A stretch of 64,000 nucleotides of DNA from positions 577,096,001-577,160,000 of the forward strand of contig NC_067400.1 of NCBI RefSeq assembly GCF_016432865.1, read 5' to 3'. This document shows positions 61,736-64,000 of the stretch, in pieces. The DNA is from Antechinus flavipes (taxonomy: Eukaryota). Made by a program: the position numbers and the translations under genes. Numbering within the stretch: the first letter of the stretch is position 1; each line of letters starts with the position of its first letter. The notes under the pieces were generated by a model, which saw only the letters and a list, made by a program, of their open reading frames with translations, did not search any database and had not been told where the DNA came from.

Positions 61736-64000
61736 CCACAACCGCTTGATTGACAACCGTTGGTGAGGGGACAACGAGGAGAGTCCTTGAGTGCTGGGGA
61801 AGGGCTGGAGAAGGAGGTGAGCTGCAAAGCTGGATGCAAACCCCACCTCAGCCATTGCCTTGCCATGGGCAGGGACTGTTCTCAGAGCGCCTGGCACACA
61901 GTAGGTGCTGCTTAATACCCACTGACCAACAAGGCAGGCCTCTGAATCGGAGATTTCTGCCTTTATTTCGCGTGCTGGAGTCGGAACCCTCTCCTAGCTG
62001 ATGAGAGAACAGAACTGGTTCTGGCCTGGAAGGAGCTCTGGGCCTCGGGGAGGCCATCCCAAGGAAACCGGGGAAGTACCTGGGGGGGCTGGGTCCTCCG
62101 GGCGTTCCCTTGGAAGGCACCTTGGGGAGGAATTGGCCCCCGGGGGGTGGGGGGATCCTTCACAGGGATTTAGGGTAGATGGAAGTGGAGATGAGGGGGT
62201 TTTGAAGGAGTCTGGGACGACCAGGGCAGAAGGTGCTTTGAGGGGCCGAGAGATGGCCAGCAGAGTTGGTTTCCCCAGAGCATCCCCACACCCCTACTCT
62301 GCGGGGGATAATAACCAGGTGCCTCTTTCCCCGGTTTCTTTCATCTGGGGAGTTCAAAGAATCTCACCTCTATTAACTGTTAGCACAGTAGGTGGCTAGT
62401 ATCATCTCAGCAGCCCCAGAACCCAAGGCCTAGGGGCCATGGCCTCCAGCCTGTGAGTCAGCCTCGGGCCTGGATATCCAGGCTCTCTGACGCCTGGGCT
62501 GTTGGCCAGCTGTGGGAAAATAGGGGTGGAAGAAAGGGCGATGTTGCTTCAAGAGCTGGCCCCTGAGGCTGACGGGCAGCAGTTAGACCCTTCACTCTCC
62601 CCAGATAATCTCTTCTAACTGTGGGGGCCTGCACTGTTCCCTCTCCTCTACATTTCAGTGTCCATGAGGGGAATCAGTAATTCAAGACGTTTCAGGTCTT
62701 TGAAGCTCAGAGGTTGGTAGAGCTGGCAGGTATCTTGAAAGCCATCACATCCAAAATCCTTCATTTTACAGAAACTGAGGCTCAGATTCTATGACTTGCC
62801 CACAATCACTCAGCTAACGTCAGGTTCAGGATTTGAACTCGGCCCTGATTCAAATCCAGTGACTTATCTAGTACACAGCCAGCTCACATAATTATGGTGT
62901 ACTAGGATTATAGAAGCAGTGCCTGATGGGAGAAGAAACCTTTGACAGGGAGATTTAAATACAAAGGACCTCTAACAGACCAGACAAGAGGTAATGAGGG
63001 CCGGAGCCAGGGTGGTAAAGACAGAAAAAGAGATTATAGCACAGATGTGGGGGACACAGAAATGACAAGATTTACTAGTTGATCAAAACCGTTTTAGGTG
63101 AGGGCGTCCAGGAGGGCAATGAGATGATGCACCTGGGAGGCTGGTGGCAGGGAGATTGTCACATATACAATCCATTTCCTGTTGCCTGCTCTCTCGAGGG
63201 ATGAGGGAGGCAGAGAATTTGTACCTCAAAGTTTTAAAAAGTGAATGTTAAAACTTTGGATGTGTAATTGGGAGATATATTTAACAAAAGAAAAATTATT
63301 TAAAAAAACATTATAAATAAGGGAGGGGAAAGGAAATGAATTTTGTTTTTGACATGATGAATTTGTGAGGTCTGCCATATATCTAGTTCAAAATATCCAT
63401 TAACCACTTGATGACAGAGGACCTCACCTAGGGCCTTGAAGAACATCCATCATTGGTGAGCCTGACGTGGCTAAAGGTCCAGTAAGGGACACGGAGGAGC
63501 ACTCAGACAGCTAGGAGGAAGTGGGGGAGAGCAGTGTCTTGAAACAAAGAGGAGAAAGTAGGAGAGAGCATCCAAGGGCCCCATTTACTGGATCTGGCAG
63601 GTAACTGATCACTGATCTCTTGGTTTAAAGTGGTTTCAGATGAATTAAGGTTCATTGCAGAGATCTGAGAAGAGAAAGCAGGGGAACCAAATACAGGCTT
63701 TTCCAAAGACATTAGCAAAGAGGAAAAAAGAAATAGGGGGTAGCTAGTAAAGGTAACAGATTCTCAAGGAGCTTTTTTAAAAGTTGGGGGAAGATTTGCA
63801 GGTTAATAGGGAAGGAACCAGTAGAACAGAAGACAGAAGATTGGAGGTGAGAGGCTAAAAGTGGGGGAAATCCAGAGAAGGAAAGGAATCGGATCAAAGG
63901 TTGACCTTGGTAAGAAGGTGGGCCAACTCTTAATGTGAGACTGAGGAAAGGAGGTCACTGGAGAATGATGTCAGGGAGAGATGAGAAGGGAAGAAGAGAA

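Noticed and set aside
59535-62399. Many 60-156 aa ORFs in GPN2 intron 4 and downstream; possible SFN
   Set aside because: Low-complexity Gly/Pro/Arg-rich translations with no 14-3-3 sequence. SFN is expected beyond the right edge by synteny.

Overview
This is marsupial genomic DNA, probably a dasyurid. That call is inferred from L1 3'-UTR types, RTE LINEs and WSINE1-like SINEs. The window is the block syntenic with human 1p36.11, seen in the opposite orientation: NUDC coding exons 1-2 (minus strand, gene continues off the left edge), complete NR0B2/SHP (2 exons, 253 aa), complete GPATCH3 and complete GPN2 (5 exons, 315 aa, last intron U12-type). Intergenic and intronic space is dominated by L1, L2, CR1/L3, RTE, hAT-MITE and CORE-SINE remnants. 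The most unusual feature is an intragenic tandem triplication inside GPATCH3 (about 48.98-49.56 kb). It copies the 3' half of exon 5, intron 5 and the 5' half of exon 6, creating two new 114-nt, phase 0-0, stop-free chimeric exons with canonical splice sites. Each encodes an extra copy of the N-terminal (brace-helix) half of the G-patch ahead of the intact G-patch. Other notable points: SHP carries residues matching reported human variants (G189E, R213C); the proximal FXR element is diverged, with candidate distal IR1 clusters on both sides of the gene; a 33-bp minisatellite with higher-order structure sits just upstream of the SHP promoter; there is a templated inverted insertion copied from a neighbouring L1, and a four-level TE nest. 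All human comparisons are from recalled sequences, not from a search run here.
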